From an uncultured Bacteroidales bacterium (GTDB lineage: Bacteria; Bacteroidota; Bacteroidia; Bacteroidales; DTU049), in contig CAYMAZ010000002.1 in NCBI GenBank assembly GCA_964388575.1, positions 4,657-68,656 on the forward strand: a DNA stretch of 64,000 nucleotides, in the 5' to 3' direction. The notes beneath the pieces were generated by a model. It saw only the letters and a list, made by a program, of their open reading frames with translations, was not told where the DNA came from and searched no databases. Below, piece by piece: positions 27,979-38,100 of this stretch. Both the position numbers and the translations under genes were made by a program. The stretch's first letter is position 1. Every line of letters starts with the position of its first letter.

Positions 27979-29385
27979 ATGACAGCACAAATCCAAAAAT
28001 CACTCAGAGACTCAAAAACAGCAAGATGGGTTGTTTTGATTCTCATTTCACTGACAATGTTTTTTGCGTATTTCTTTGTAGATGTTGTAGCTCCCCTGCA
28101 GGAACTCATGCTTAAAGATTACGGCTGGTCTCCTGAAGTATTCGGAGGACTGGGAGGTTCTGAATTCTTTTTGAATGTTTTTGTTCTTTTCCTCATCATT
28201 TCGGGGATTATCCTTGACAAAATGGGAATCCGGTTTACTTTAATTACTGCTGGGATCACAATGGTGGCAGGTGCATTGATAAAATATTATGCACTGACTC
28301 CGGGATTTATGGAATCGGGAACAGCTGAGTTTCTCAATTCTTTCTGGCCAGGCACTCCGGCAACTGCAAAACTTGCATACATTGGTTTTGCGATCTTTGG
28401 GGTTGGTGTTGAAATGGCCGGCATCACTGTTTCAAAAACAATCGTAAAATGGTTTAAAGGGAAAGAAATGGCCCTGGCAATGGGACTCGAGATGGCTGTT
28501 GCACGCCTCGGTGTTTTTGCTGTCTTCCAGCTTTCTCCCATTTTTGCTCATAAAGGAGTTGATAATTCAGTTTTGTGGGGTGTTGTATTTTTAATGATCG
28601 GATTCCTGACTTTCCTGATTTATACATTTATGGATAAAAAGCTTGATAAGCAGGTAGGAGAAATGGATGAGGAACCCGAAGAGCAATTTAAGCTCAAAGA
28701 TCTGAAAGAACTTGTCAGCAACTGGGGGTTTATTTCAATTGTACTGCTGTGCGTTCTGTTCTATTCTGCAATTTTTCCGTTCCAGAAATTTGCAACTGAT
28801 ATGCTTGCTTCAAAACTTGATGTTGATTTAACTTCAGCAGCACGCTATGTTTCTCTTTTTCCAATCGGCGCAATGATACTGACACCTTTTATCGGACTAT
28901 TCTTAGACCTTCGTGGTAAAGGCGCGACAATGATGCTTTACGGAGCAATTCTTCTTACAATTTCACATGCAATCTTTGCTTTGGTTCCCAACGATGTGTT
29001 TAACGCTTATATTGCAATCGGAACTATTGTGATTCTCGGTACTGCATTTTCACTCGTCCCTGCATCAATGTGGCCTTCTGTTCCCAAGATCGTGAAAGAA
29101 CGATATCTGGGTTCAGCTTACGCATTTACTTTCTGGGTGCAGAATATCGGACTCTTCCTTGTGCCAATTCTTATCGGCTGGTCAATTTCAGCATCTAATC
29201 CAGGAGTTGCTGAACAAATTGCCAACAATGTTGAAGGTGCAAAATATAATTACATGGTACCTGAATTGATTTTTGCAGGATTCGGAGTTCTGGCAATTAT
29301 TTTTGCAATTAACCTGAAAAGAGTTGACAAACGTAAAGGTCATGGACTTGACCTCCCCAATAAAACCCAAAAAACTAAAGCATAA
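27979..29385 (+). CDS. MFS transporter
   Basis: The track start is 27952; I prefer the ATG at 27979 (MTAQIQKSLRDSKTARWVVLILISL). It has about 12 TM helices and a charged central loop (KKLDKQVGEMDEEPEEQFK). Confidence 0.8.
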   Translation: MTAQIQKSLRDSKTARWVVLILISLTMFFAYFFVDVVAPLQELMLKDYGWSPEVFGGLGGSEFFLNVFVLFLIISGIILDKMGIRFTLITAGITMVAGALIKYYALTPGFMESGTAEFLNSFWPGTPATAKLAYIGFAIFGVGVEMAGITVSKTIVKWFKGKEMALAMGLEMAVARLGVFAVFQLSPIFAHKGVDNSVLWGVVFLMIGFLTFLIYTFMDKKLDKQVGEMDEEPEEQFKLKDLKELVSNWGFISIVLLCVLFYSAIFPFQKFATDMLASKLDVDLTSAARYVSLFPIGAMILTPFIGLFLDLRGKGATMMLYGAILLTISHAIFALVPNDVFNAYIAIGTIVILGTAFSLVPASMWPSVPKIVKERYLGSAYAFTFWVQNIGLFLVPILIGWSISASNPGVAEQIANNVEGAKYNYMVPELIFAGFGVLAIIFAINLKRVDKRKGHGLDLPNKTQKTKA

Positions 29386-29432
29386 TTTTATTTCCTACGG
29401 AATTGATTTTCTCTCTTCTATCTAATTCCAAA

Positions 29433-29484
29433 TGTTGTGCTCTCTTTATTTTGAAACATCTGCAAAATAACAGAGAGCACAACA
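29433..29484. terminator. Long hairpin (about 21-bp stem, 9-nt loop) between convergent genes
   Basis: TGTTGTGCTCTCTTTATTTTG (29433-29453) pairs with CAAAATAACAGAGAGCACAACA (29463-29484), with one bulge. It sits between the MFS stop and the acyltransferase stop. Confidence 0.6.
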
Positions 29485-29506
29485 ATTTTATAAGAATGGA
29501 TGGCGT

Positions 29507-30844
29507 TTATTGAAATTCTTTCAGTGTTTCGAGCATTTCTTTTCTAAGTTTCATCAACCGAGTTGTAATTTCCCTATGACGATGCACAAAAATATTTGCT
29601 TTCCATCTCAACATTGACCATTTCCAGAATCTCAGATATTGATAGGCTATGACTCCAAGGAGCAACATAGCAGGGATTGAGACAAGTGCTATCCAGAAAG
29701 AAGAAAATAAAATGCCTGCGATAACCGCCTGAATAATATACACGAATGGAGCAACAACCAGAGCCGTTAACGCAAAATATACCGAGCTTCGAAATTGTGT
29801 ATCTGCAATTTTCCGGTTGACAAAACGATAGAAAAACAAAAAAGGGAAATAATTCAGGACTCTGCCTGCAAGATGCAATGGCATTCCGATGAGGAGCATT
29901 ATAAGTATCAGGGATGAAGTCAGAGCAGAAAGCCCCCCTTTAAAAAGAACAGGTTCACTGATGCCATTTGCTTCAAGCTCTGAAAAATAGTTCTCCGCAA
30001 CAGTAAACATCTGTTCTGCCTTGTCAGGCTGAGATTTCTGGAGAATGTTAATTTTACTTATAAATTCATGAGCTGCATTAAAACTGTCCCTGAGTCTTGC
30101 TCCTTCGCCCAGTTTATCATAAATCAGGCTTTTGCGCATGTTCTGTATCAAAGTATAACGCTCCTTACTCTCTACATGAATTGTAATTGATTTCAGGGCA
30201 TCTTCAAATTGCTCATTAAGTTTTAAAAGTGCCTGTGAAGGATTCTCTTCATAAATCTCTTTCAATTCATTAAATATCAAAGGTTTTCCGAAATGAACCC
30301 TTACTTCTGTTCGTGGTCGGATATAATCAACATAAGCAATACTTACAGGGACAACATTAACATTAAGTTTAAAATCGTGTTGTTGCTCAGCCTGTAATAC
30401 CATTCTGGCCATTCCTTTTTTCAGAGGAATCAGTTGTTCCCTGTCACTGTGTGTCCCTTCAGGAAAGATACCGATAGTATTTCCTCGGGAAAGGATTCCC
30501 GTTGCCAAATCAAATGATTCAAAGTTCTGATGCATTGATTCCCTCCCGTCCCGGATGCGGAAAATGGGTGCAATTTTCAGAAAAGTTAGAATCTTTCTCA
30601 GAAGTTTCTTTTTAAAAATATCAGCTCGTGCAAAAAAAACAGGTTGCCTGCCGGATGAACAGATGATTGCTAGGGCATCAATGAGTGCATTTTGATGATT
30701 CGCTGCAAAAACCACAGGAACATGATCCGGCAGTAGCGTGTCAGATGTGATAGTAAACCGTCTGTAAAAGATCTTTGTCATTGCAAAGCAGACGTATTTT
30801 TTCAAAATACTGTATGGTATACTTTTTTTATCTATAAGTTTCAT
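29507..30844 (-). CDS. Lysophospholipid / 1-acyl-sn-glycerol-3-phosphate acyltransferase family protein with a C-terminal membrane domain
   Basis: The track ORF (to 30973) overlaps the upstream gene. The ATG at 30844 (MKLIDKKS) follows the BASS stop after 1 nt. Motifs: ANHQNALIDA, IFPEGTHS. The last 150 aa or so carry 3-4 TM helices. Confidence 0.75.
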   Translation of the reverse strand: MKLIDKKSIPYSILKKYVCFAMTKIFYRRFTITSDTLLPDHVPVVFAANHQNALIDALAIICSSGRQPVFFARADIFKKKLLRKILTFLKIAPIFRIRDGRESMHQNFESFDLATGILSRGNTIGIFPEGTHSDREQLIPLKKGMARMVLQAEQQHDFKLNVNVVPVSIAYVDYIRPRTEVRVHFGKPLIFNELKEIYEENPSQALLKLNEQFEDALKSITIHVESKERYTLIQNMRKSLIYDKLGEGARLRDSFNAAHEFISKINILQKSQPDKAEQMFTVAENYFSELEANGISEPVLFKGGLSALTSSLILIMLLIGMPLHLAGRVLNYFPFLFFYRFVNRKIADTQFRSSVYFALTALVVAPFVYIIQAVIAGILFSSFWIALVSIPAMLLLGVIAYQYLRFWKWSMLRWKANIFVHRHREITTRLMKLRKEMLETLKEFQ

Positions 30845-30845
30845 C

Positions 30846-31799
30846 TTAGTTGCCGACATGTGCCCGATTTTTTTGTTTATCTCTGTAACTCCAGAAAGAT
30901 GCGAGTCCGAGTCCAGCAACGATGTGCCATATTCCCCACCAGGCTGCAATAAAAGCCATACCCCCAAGTTCAAGTTCAGGTGGAAAGATTCTGGGATTAA
31001 AAATCAAAACAAGTGCAAGACCAGAATTCTGAATACCAGTTTCAATTGAAACGGAACGTCTGTCCCTGAAGGGTAGTCTGAAGATTCCTGCAATACCATA
31101 ACCTGCAAAAAATGCAAGAGCATTGTGCAATAAAACAATGATAAAAATCAATTCGATGAACCTGAGAAAATTTGAAAAGTTCGCTGATAATGCACCTGCA
31201 ATAAAGCCGATAAACAAAAAAATTGAAGCCCAACGAACAGGTTTTAGAATTTTCTGTGTTGTTTTCGGAAACTTCGTTTTAAAAGCAATTCCTAGAATAA
31301 GTGGAATTCCCAGCAGGATCACCACTGTCTGAAACATCTGCCATGGATCAATCTCTATGGGTCGCAACAATGGTGATGTGCTTGCATACAATCCTCCCCA
31401 GAATGCAAAATTGAACGGTGTAATTATGATCGCTGTAAGTGTGGTTACAGCTGTCATGCTTACTGATAATTCAATATTGGCTTTAGAAATTGAAGATATG
31501 AAATTCGAAATGTTTCCCCCGGGACATGAAGCAACGAGTAACATCCCCAACGCAACACCCTGTGAGGGTTTCAAAACAAGTATCAGAAGAAAGGTTGCCA
31601 AAGGGAGCAGGATTATCTGCGAAAACATCCCAACAATAAGAGATTTGGGTTTTTTAATGAGCTTTTTAAATTCCTCAAATGACATATCAAGTGCCACACC
31701 AAACATTATAAATGCAATGGTAATATTCATCACCATCAGACCCTGAGGACTGAAATTCAGCCTGATGTTGTCAAGTATTTCAAGTGACTCTGAAAACAT
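30846..31799 (-). CDS. Bile acid:sodium symporter (BASS/SBF) family transporter
   Basis: 317 aa and polytopic, with the SBF-type signature SCPGGNISN. Confidence 0.82.
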   Translation of the reverse strand: MFSESLEILDNIRLNFSPQGLMVMNITIAFIMFGVALDMSFEEFKKLIKKPKSLIVGMFSQIILLPLATFLLILVLKPSQGVALGMLLVASCPGGNISNFISSISKANIELSVSMTAVTTLTAIIITPFNFAFWGGLYASTSPLLRPIEIDPWQMFQTVVILLGIPLILGIAFKTKFPKTTQKILKPVRWASIFLFIGFIAGALSANFSNFLRFIELIFIIVLLHNALAFFAGYGIAGIFRLPFRDRRSVSIETGIQNSGLALVLIFNPRIFPPELELGGMAFIAAWWGIWHIVAGLGLASFWSYRDKQKNRAHVGN

Positions 31800-31918
31800 A
31801 CATTGAATTTGTGCAAATGTACATTAAAATCCTTTTATGCATTCACAGATTTTTCACTCAAAATTGTTGAAAAAAGACGATTTTCAGCTCTGAGTCGTAC
31901 TGAGGAGTATGAAAAAAT

Positions 31919-33565
31919 TTATTTTATGATGTAAGTGGTTTTCAGGCTTAGTAAATTCATGGGATTTGAGCTGATTCCATGAACTTCCCTGCTCAGAAAC
32001 CGCACAACCTTGTCATAGTAGAGAATAACTACCGGCGCATTGACAACAGCGATACTATCCAGCTGTTTGTATAAGACATATCTTAATGAATCATTGGTTG
32101 TCTGAACTGCCTTTTCAAATAATCTGTCAAAGTCCTTATTTGAAAAGCGTGTATAATTTGGACCTTCTGGAGCAAAATTTTTACTGTAAAACAAAGACAG
32201 ATAGTTTTCGGCATCAGGATAATCAGCAATCCAGCTTGCCCTGAAGAATTGAGCGTCACCTTTGGCATTCATTTCACGAAGTGTTGCGGAAGGCGTAACA
32301 TCAATCATTATCTTTATTCCAACTTTTGCAGCTTCGTGTTGAATATACTGACATAAATCCAGATAATTTGAAGTTGTTGAAAGTGTGATTGGTTCCAAAC
32401 CCTTCCCATCAGCATATCCTGCCTCCCTCAGGAGTTGTGACGCTTTTTCCGGATCATAATAATAGCCGTAACTGACACGCTCATCAAATCCGGGCATAAA
32501 AGGCGGCACAAAACCAAATATCCCCGCTGTCGCCATGTTATTGCGCATATACAAAACCATCTTCTCCCTGTCAAAACAGTAATTGACAGCCTGGCGCACC
32601 TTCACATCTGAGAGTGCATTATTTCTAAATCCCTTGCTGTTCTCTTCAAGCTGAAACCCAAGGTATTCTGTATTTAAAAACGGTTCTGTCTGAATATAAA
32701 TGTCATTTTCATACTTCTGTTTGAGTTTTCCCTGTTTATCAAGCAAAGCATCCTTATATGTTGCATCAATGCCGGAGATCATCTGAATGTTTCCTTTTAA
32801 AAAATCCAGAAAAGCAGTCTGACGGTCTACAATAAACGTGATGTTGATAGCATCAAGATAAGGCAAACGGTTGCCCTGTTCATCAAATTCAAAATAATCT
32901 GGATTTTTTACAAGTACCAGCTTTACATTCTCTTTCCAGAATTTAAACATAAAAGGTCCTGTTCCAATTGGGTTCTTTCTAAAGTCCTGTCCATAAAAAC
33001 GCACGGCCTCTTCAGGGACCACGGAGCAATACTGCATTGCGAGCAAACTTATAAAGGGGGGAAACACTTCAGAAAGTTTAATTATGAACGTTGTGTCATC
33101 AGGAGCATAAAACATTGGGTTATTATTCCCGTCACGGGCAACATTCTGGAAGATCCACGTTCCGGGTGATGCAACTGCAGGATCAAGGATTCTGTTAAAG
33201 GAATACACAAAATCAGCTGCTTTCACTTTTCTCCCTTCAGGAATTGATTCATCGGGATGAAAAAATACATCATCCCTTAATTGAAAGGTATATAAAATTC
33301 CATGGTCAGAAATGGTCCAGGATTTTGCAATGCAAGGCCGGACATGTAAACTATCATCAAGTTGAACCAATCCACTGAAAATCTGATTCAATACCCAGAT
33401 ATTTGACATGTTTCTGGCATAGGCAGGATCAAGAGATGTGATGTTTGCCGGTTCATTATATGAAAAAATCATAAATTCATCTCCCCGGTTTCGTTCACTC
33501 CGACAGGAGAAAACAAACTGAATCAGAACCAGACAGACAAAATATTTCAATATCAATTTTCTCAT
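31919..33565 (-). CDS. ABC-type substrate-binding protein, family 5 (peptide/nickel type), lipoprotein
   Basis: The track uses TTG 33571. The ATG at 33565 gives MRKLILKYFVCLVLIQFVFSC (lipobox) and overlaps the upstream stop as ATGA. Size and overall pattern fit the OppA/DppA-like family (recollection). Confidence 0.8.
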   Translation of the reverse strand: MRKLILKYFVCLVLIQFVFSCRSERNRGDEFMIFSYNEPANITSLDPAYARNMSNIWVLNQIFSGLVQLDDSLHVRPCIAKSWTISDHGILYTFQLRDDVFFHPDESIPEGRKVKAADFVYSFNRILDPAVASPGTWIFQNVARDGNNNPMFYAPDDTTFIIKLSEVFPPFISLLAMQYCSVVPEEAVRFYGQDFRKNPIGTGPFMFKFWKENVKLVLVKNPDYFEFDEQGNRLPYLDAINITFIVDRQTAFLDFLKGNIQMISGIDATYKDALLDKQGKLKQKYENDIYIQTEPFLNTEYLGFQLEENSKGFRNNALSDVKVRQAVNYCFDREKMVLYMRNNMATAGIFGFVPPFMPGFDERVSYGYYYDPEKASQLLREAGYADGKGLEPITLSTTSNYLDLCQYIQHEAAKVGIKIMIDVTPSATLREMNAKGDAQFFRASWIADYPDAENYLSLFYSKNFAPEGPNYTRFSNKDFDRLFEKAVQTTNDSLRYVLYKQLDSIAVVNAPVVILYYDKVVRFLSREVHGISSNPMNLLSLKTTYIIK

Positions 33566-34323
33566 AAACAAATACTTAACCCGTCATATGCCGGCTGAAC
33601 TCTTGCAGGCATTTCGGTAAGCAAGATTTCATGTTTCCCTGCAATGTGGCTGATGTGTGTCAGATATGCCTTTTGTGGTTTTAATTTTTCGATCACTTCA
33701 AATGCCTCCTGAAAAGAAAAATGGGAATGATGCTTTCTGTGTCGCAATGCATTAATTACAAGCACATCAAGACTTTTCAATATATCCATTGATGATTCAG
33801 GAATGAAACTGGCATCAGTTATATAAGCCAGGTTTTTAATACGGAATCCGTTAATAGGTAAATTGCCGTGCATCACAGGAACCGGAAGAATGTTCATCCC
33901 TTTCACATCAAACGATGAATGACCGATTTCAATCATATTGAATTCAGGAACACCCGGATATTTATCCTCTTCAAAAGCGTAATCAAAATAACGTTTCACA
34001 TGAGCAAGACAAGAGGTTGTCCCGTAGACAGGCATTGACATTTTCTGAGAATAATTAAAAGCCCTCACATCATCCAGTCCTGATACATGGTCATGATGAG
34101 CATGTGTCAGTAAAACTGCATCCAGTTTCCGAACAGATTCACGAAGCATCTGTGTCCTGAAATCAGGACCTGCATCAATAACAAAATCCGAATCACCTGA
34201 TTGAATGAGAATTGACGTACGCAGTCGTTTATCACGAAAATCATCTGAACTGCACACTTCACACGTGCATGTCACTACAGGCACACCCTGTGAAGTTCCG
34301 GTACCGAGAAAAGTCAATTTCAT
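33562..34323 (-). CDS. MBL-fold metallo-hydrolase (PhnP-like)
   Basis: The ATG at 34323 gives MKLTFLGTGTSQGVP. The zinc motif HAHHDH is present. The track ORF adds 10 unlikely N-terminal codons. Confidence 0.85.
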   Translation of the reverse strand: MKLTFLGTGTSQGVPVVTCTCEVCSSDDFRDKRLRTSILIQSGDSDFVIDAGPDFRTQMLRESVRKLDAVLLTHAHHDHVSGLDDVRAFNYSQKMSMPVYGTTSCLAHVKRYFDYAFEEDKYPGVPEFNMIEIGHSSFDVKGMNILPVPVMHGNLPINGFRIKNLAYITDASFIPESSMDILKSLDVLVINALRHRKHHSHFSFQEAFEVIEKLKPQKAYLTHISHIAGKHEILLTEMPARVQPAYDGLSICL

Positions 34324-34503
34324 TGCACAAAGATATAAAAAGTAAAAAATCACTCATCTTAAAATTTCAGATTTTTTGCAAAGTTGTCATTCTCTAATCC
34401 CCAATGATATTTTTTTCAATTTTATACTTTTAATCAGTTGTTTTTTTCTTTCAATTTATTAAAAAATATGTACTTTTACATATAATTTTAAAATTTCAAC
34501 AAT

Positions 34504-35016
34504 ATGAAAAAGATCGTTATCATAGCATTGTTTATTCTCCAGGCAGGATTCATTCATGCACAGTACAGTTTGGCTCCCGGACAGGGACAGTTTAATGCCG
34601 GAATCGGTGCATCTACAAGAGGAATTCCCATTTATCTGGGATTCGAATATGGAATCTATCAGGATATATCCGTTGGAGGGACATTTTCGTTTATGTCATA
34701 CAGAGAGCGCTATCTGTGGGTAAAGTACAACCACAATATTTTCGGCATCTATGGTTTTGGGAACTATCACTTTAATACATTATTGAATATTCCTGAGAAA
34801 TACGATGTTTATGCCGGTATTCATCTGGGATTTAACATCTCTGTTTCTGACAAGAACTATCCTGGAACTTTCAAATCAGGACCCGGCGGTGGTGCACATG
34901 TCGGCGGTAGAATGTTCTTCAATGATGTGTTTGGAATCAATGCAGAAGTTGATGCAGGCTATTATGTTTCAGGAGCAAGATTTGGCATCACAATGAAACT
35001 GCCCCATTCAAAATAA
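34504..35016 (+). CDS. Small outer-membrane beta-barrel-like protein, family not recognised
   Basis: 170 aa with a signal peptide (ALFILQAGFIHAQ). It has Gly- and aromatic-rich alternating segments. Confidence 0.5.
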   Translation: MKKIVIIALFILQAGFIHAQYSLAPGQGQFNAGIGASTRGIPIYLGFEYGIYQDISVGGTFSFMSYRERYLWVKYNHNIFGIYGFGNYHFNTLLNIPEKYDVYAGIHLGFNISVSDKNYPGTFKSGPGGGAHVGGRMFFNDVFGINAEVDAGYYVSGARFGITMKLPHSK

Positions 35017-35034
35017 TATTATAATTCACAATTT

Positions 35035-35079
35035 AAAAATCTTCTCTGGGAAAAAGCTTCTGGTGAAGATTTTTTTTTA
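35035..35079 (+). terminator. Rho-independent terminator-like hairpin
   Basis: AAAAATCTTC (35035-35044) pairs with GAAGATTTTT (35065-35074). A T-run follows. Confidence 0.55.
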
Positions 35080-35096
35080 TTGCATTACATAAATTG

Positions 35097-35104
35097 TAAT
35101 TTTG
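35097..35104 (+). promoter_or_regulatory. Candidate -7 box (TAATTTTG) for the M14 peptidase gene
   Basis: TGTAATTTTG lies 56 nt upstream of the ATG at 35160. Confidence 0.4.
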
Positions 35105-35159
35105 AAATTAAAATTGTAACCATCATTTAATCTCCGGTGCATCCTGAAAGTCTAAACTT

Positions 35160-38100
35160 ATGAAAAAAATACTGCTTCTGATCATCATGTTAAAGTGTGT
35201 TTCACACTCCATTGCACAGAACGAAACACAACAGGATATCGTCAATAAAACATTTGGAGGGAACCCGGAATTGTATTTCAGTTTTCCATTGCAGTCTCAG
35301 GAAATCATGCTTAAACTGACACGAATTATCAGTATTGACAATGTGAAAAATAATGAAGTTATTGCTGTAGCGAACAGAAAAGAATTTGAAAATTTTCTGG
35401 AGTTCAATATTCCATATACAATATTGCCATCTCCGTTTGAGATGCTTCCGCACGAAGCACGGGTGATGACTGAAGACATGACCAATAAATCGACCTATGC
35501 CTGGGATGCCTATCCGACATATCAGGCATACCTTGACATGATGGCACAGTTTGCCATTGATTATCCCGCACTTTGCCGGATTGACACAATCGGCTATTCG
35601 GTACAGGGAAGATTGTTGCTTTCTGCCGTCATTTCCGACAATGTGCATACAGACGAAGATGAACCCGAATTTTTCTACAGTTCAACAATGCATGGGGATG
35701 AAACAGTTGGGTATATACTGATGCTCAGGCTGATCGATTACCTGCTTTCAAATTATGGAACAAATCCCGAAGTGACAAATATTGTCAATAGTATTGAGAT
35801 TTACATTAATCCCAATGCAAATCCCGACGGAACATATTACGGAGGGAACAGCACTGTTACTGCAGCCAGAAGAAACAATTACAACAACTATGATCTGAAC
35901 AGAAACTTTCCGGATCCTACGGGGGATCAGAATCCAGGAGGAACGCGTCAGATTGAAACACAATATTTCATGGACTATGCACTGGAGCGTGACTTTGTCA
36001 TGTCGGCCAATTTTCATGGCGGAGCTGAACTTTCCAATTATCCCTGGGATTACACAACCACAAATCATCCGGACAAACAATGGTGGATTATGATATCAAC
36101 GGAATATGCAGCATCGGCACAAAACAACAGCCCCTCGGGCTATTTCGATGATTACTATTCTGGGTTTGACAGCCCCGGAGTAACTGAAGGCGCCAGCTGG
36201 TATATTGTATACGGAAGCCGGCAGGATTATGCGTTGCATTATGCATACGACCGTGAAATTACAATAGAGGTTTCAGCAACAAAAAATCCGGCAGCATCTA
36301 ATTTACCAAATTACTGGAACTATAATTACCAGGCGCTAATACTATGTATGAAACAGGTGCTCTACGGATTCAGGGGGATTGTGACTGATGCCTGCACCAA
36401 TGATCCGGTTAAGGCAAAAATTGAACTTATCGGGCATGATGCCATGAACTCGCATGTGTTTTCTTCGTTACCGGCTGGAAATTATCACCGGCCTGTCAAA
36501 GCTGGAACATATACAATCAGGGCATCTGCTCCGGGATATATTGACCAGCAATACACCAATGTAAGTGTCACTGAATACAATACTGTGATCCGTAATTTTC
36601 AGATGGTGGCTGAACCACCCGTTGTGCAATTTACTGCAAACACACTGTATTCCTGTGCAGGAACCATTGAATTTGTGAATAACAGCACTGCACCGCAAGA
36701 TGTGGTGTATACCTGGCATTTCGGCGATGGAACAACTTCGAACGATGTCAATCCGGTGCATACCTACTCCTCAGGCGGAATTTATACAGTCAAACTGTAT
36801 GCGAATACATGCGCTGGAACTGATTCACTGATCCGAAATGATTATATTGAAATTGCACTGAATGTGCCGCCTATTGCAGATTTTGTTTCAGGAAACCTGA
36901 CACCCAATTTAAATGCCACTGTTGCTTTTACCGATCTATCGGAGTGTATTCCCACCGGATGGTTGTGGAATTTCAGCCCCTCCGGAGCTGTGATATATCT
37001 GAACGGCACAGACAGTACGTCGCAAAATCCGATGGTGTCATTTTCGCAAACAGGCCTTTATACTGTTTCTCTCACGGCTTCAAACGGAAACGGGAACCAC
37101 ATTGTGACAAAAACCAATTACATTAATGTGACAAATTTCACATATTGCACACTGACTGCCACAAACCTGTCAGATGAATGGATATCGGACATTTCATTTG
37201 CGGGAATACAGAACAGCAGCGTCTCAACGGGTTATTCTGATTTCAGGCACATTGCCGGGAATGTGAATCCTGACAGTGCATACGCGTTTTCAGGGACAAT
37301 TTCCATGACCGGTTCGGGATGGAGTGAATATGTTAGTGTGTGGATTGACTGGGACCAGGATGGAACATTTGGCATAAATGAGCGTTACCAGATTGGAAGC
37401 TGCAGTTCCAACGGATGTATGGTGTCTAATACGATTACTGTTCCTTCAGGTGCTTTACCCGGAACAACAGTCATGAGAGTTGCTCTGCTTTATAATTCCT
37501 TCAGAACAGATCCGTGCGATTCCTACACATACGGTGAAGTTGAGGATTATTCAGTAAATGTGTTGCCGGTGATCACCTGTGCTGACTTTGAAGAAACCAC
37601 CAATGCGACTGTCTGCAACGGAGATTCAGTTGTGTGGAGAGGCACCGGTTACAGCATTTCCGGAACGTATTACGACAGTCTGCTCACAACAAACCCTGCT
37701 GGGTGCGACAGTGTGTATGTTCTGAATCTCACTGTAAATCCAGCTTATCATTACTATGAGGAAGTGATTGTACTTGATGCAGATCTTCCATACATATGGT
37801 ATGGAGATTCGTATTTTGCACCTGGGACATATTTTAAGAATTATCAGAGTATGAACGGATGTGATAGTATTTATGAAATGAATTTAATTGTGATGAACCT
37901 TCCTGTGTTAAAAACTCTAAATCTCACTGTTTTACTTGAAGGCTTATGTTCCGAAACTGTTCCTGGAATGATGAACCAGGCCATGAACGGAACCTTCCCA
38001 CAATTTTCCGGGGGCTTTGCGGATGTTATTACAATTGAATTGTATAATGCTACTGATGTATCACAAAGGGTGTATCTGAATGAAAATGTCATGCTAGATA

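Noticed and set aside
35202-35648. Long antisense or alternative-frame ORFs nested inside clearly assigned genes. Examples: 35202..35648 (-) inside the M14 gene, 31357..31746 (+) inside the BASS gene, 59667..60128 (+) inside nqrE, 48638..49045 (-) over recA, 39877..40452 (+) in another frame of the SBBP gene, and 2368..2721 (-) over the fbaA end.
   Set aside because: Each lies wholly or largely inside a gene with strong family motifs. Their translations are low-complexity or Ser/Cys/Leu-rich, as expected of off-frame reading. None has a recognisable motif or its own promoter-like context.
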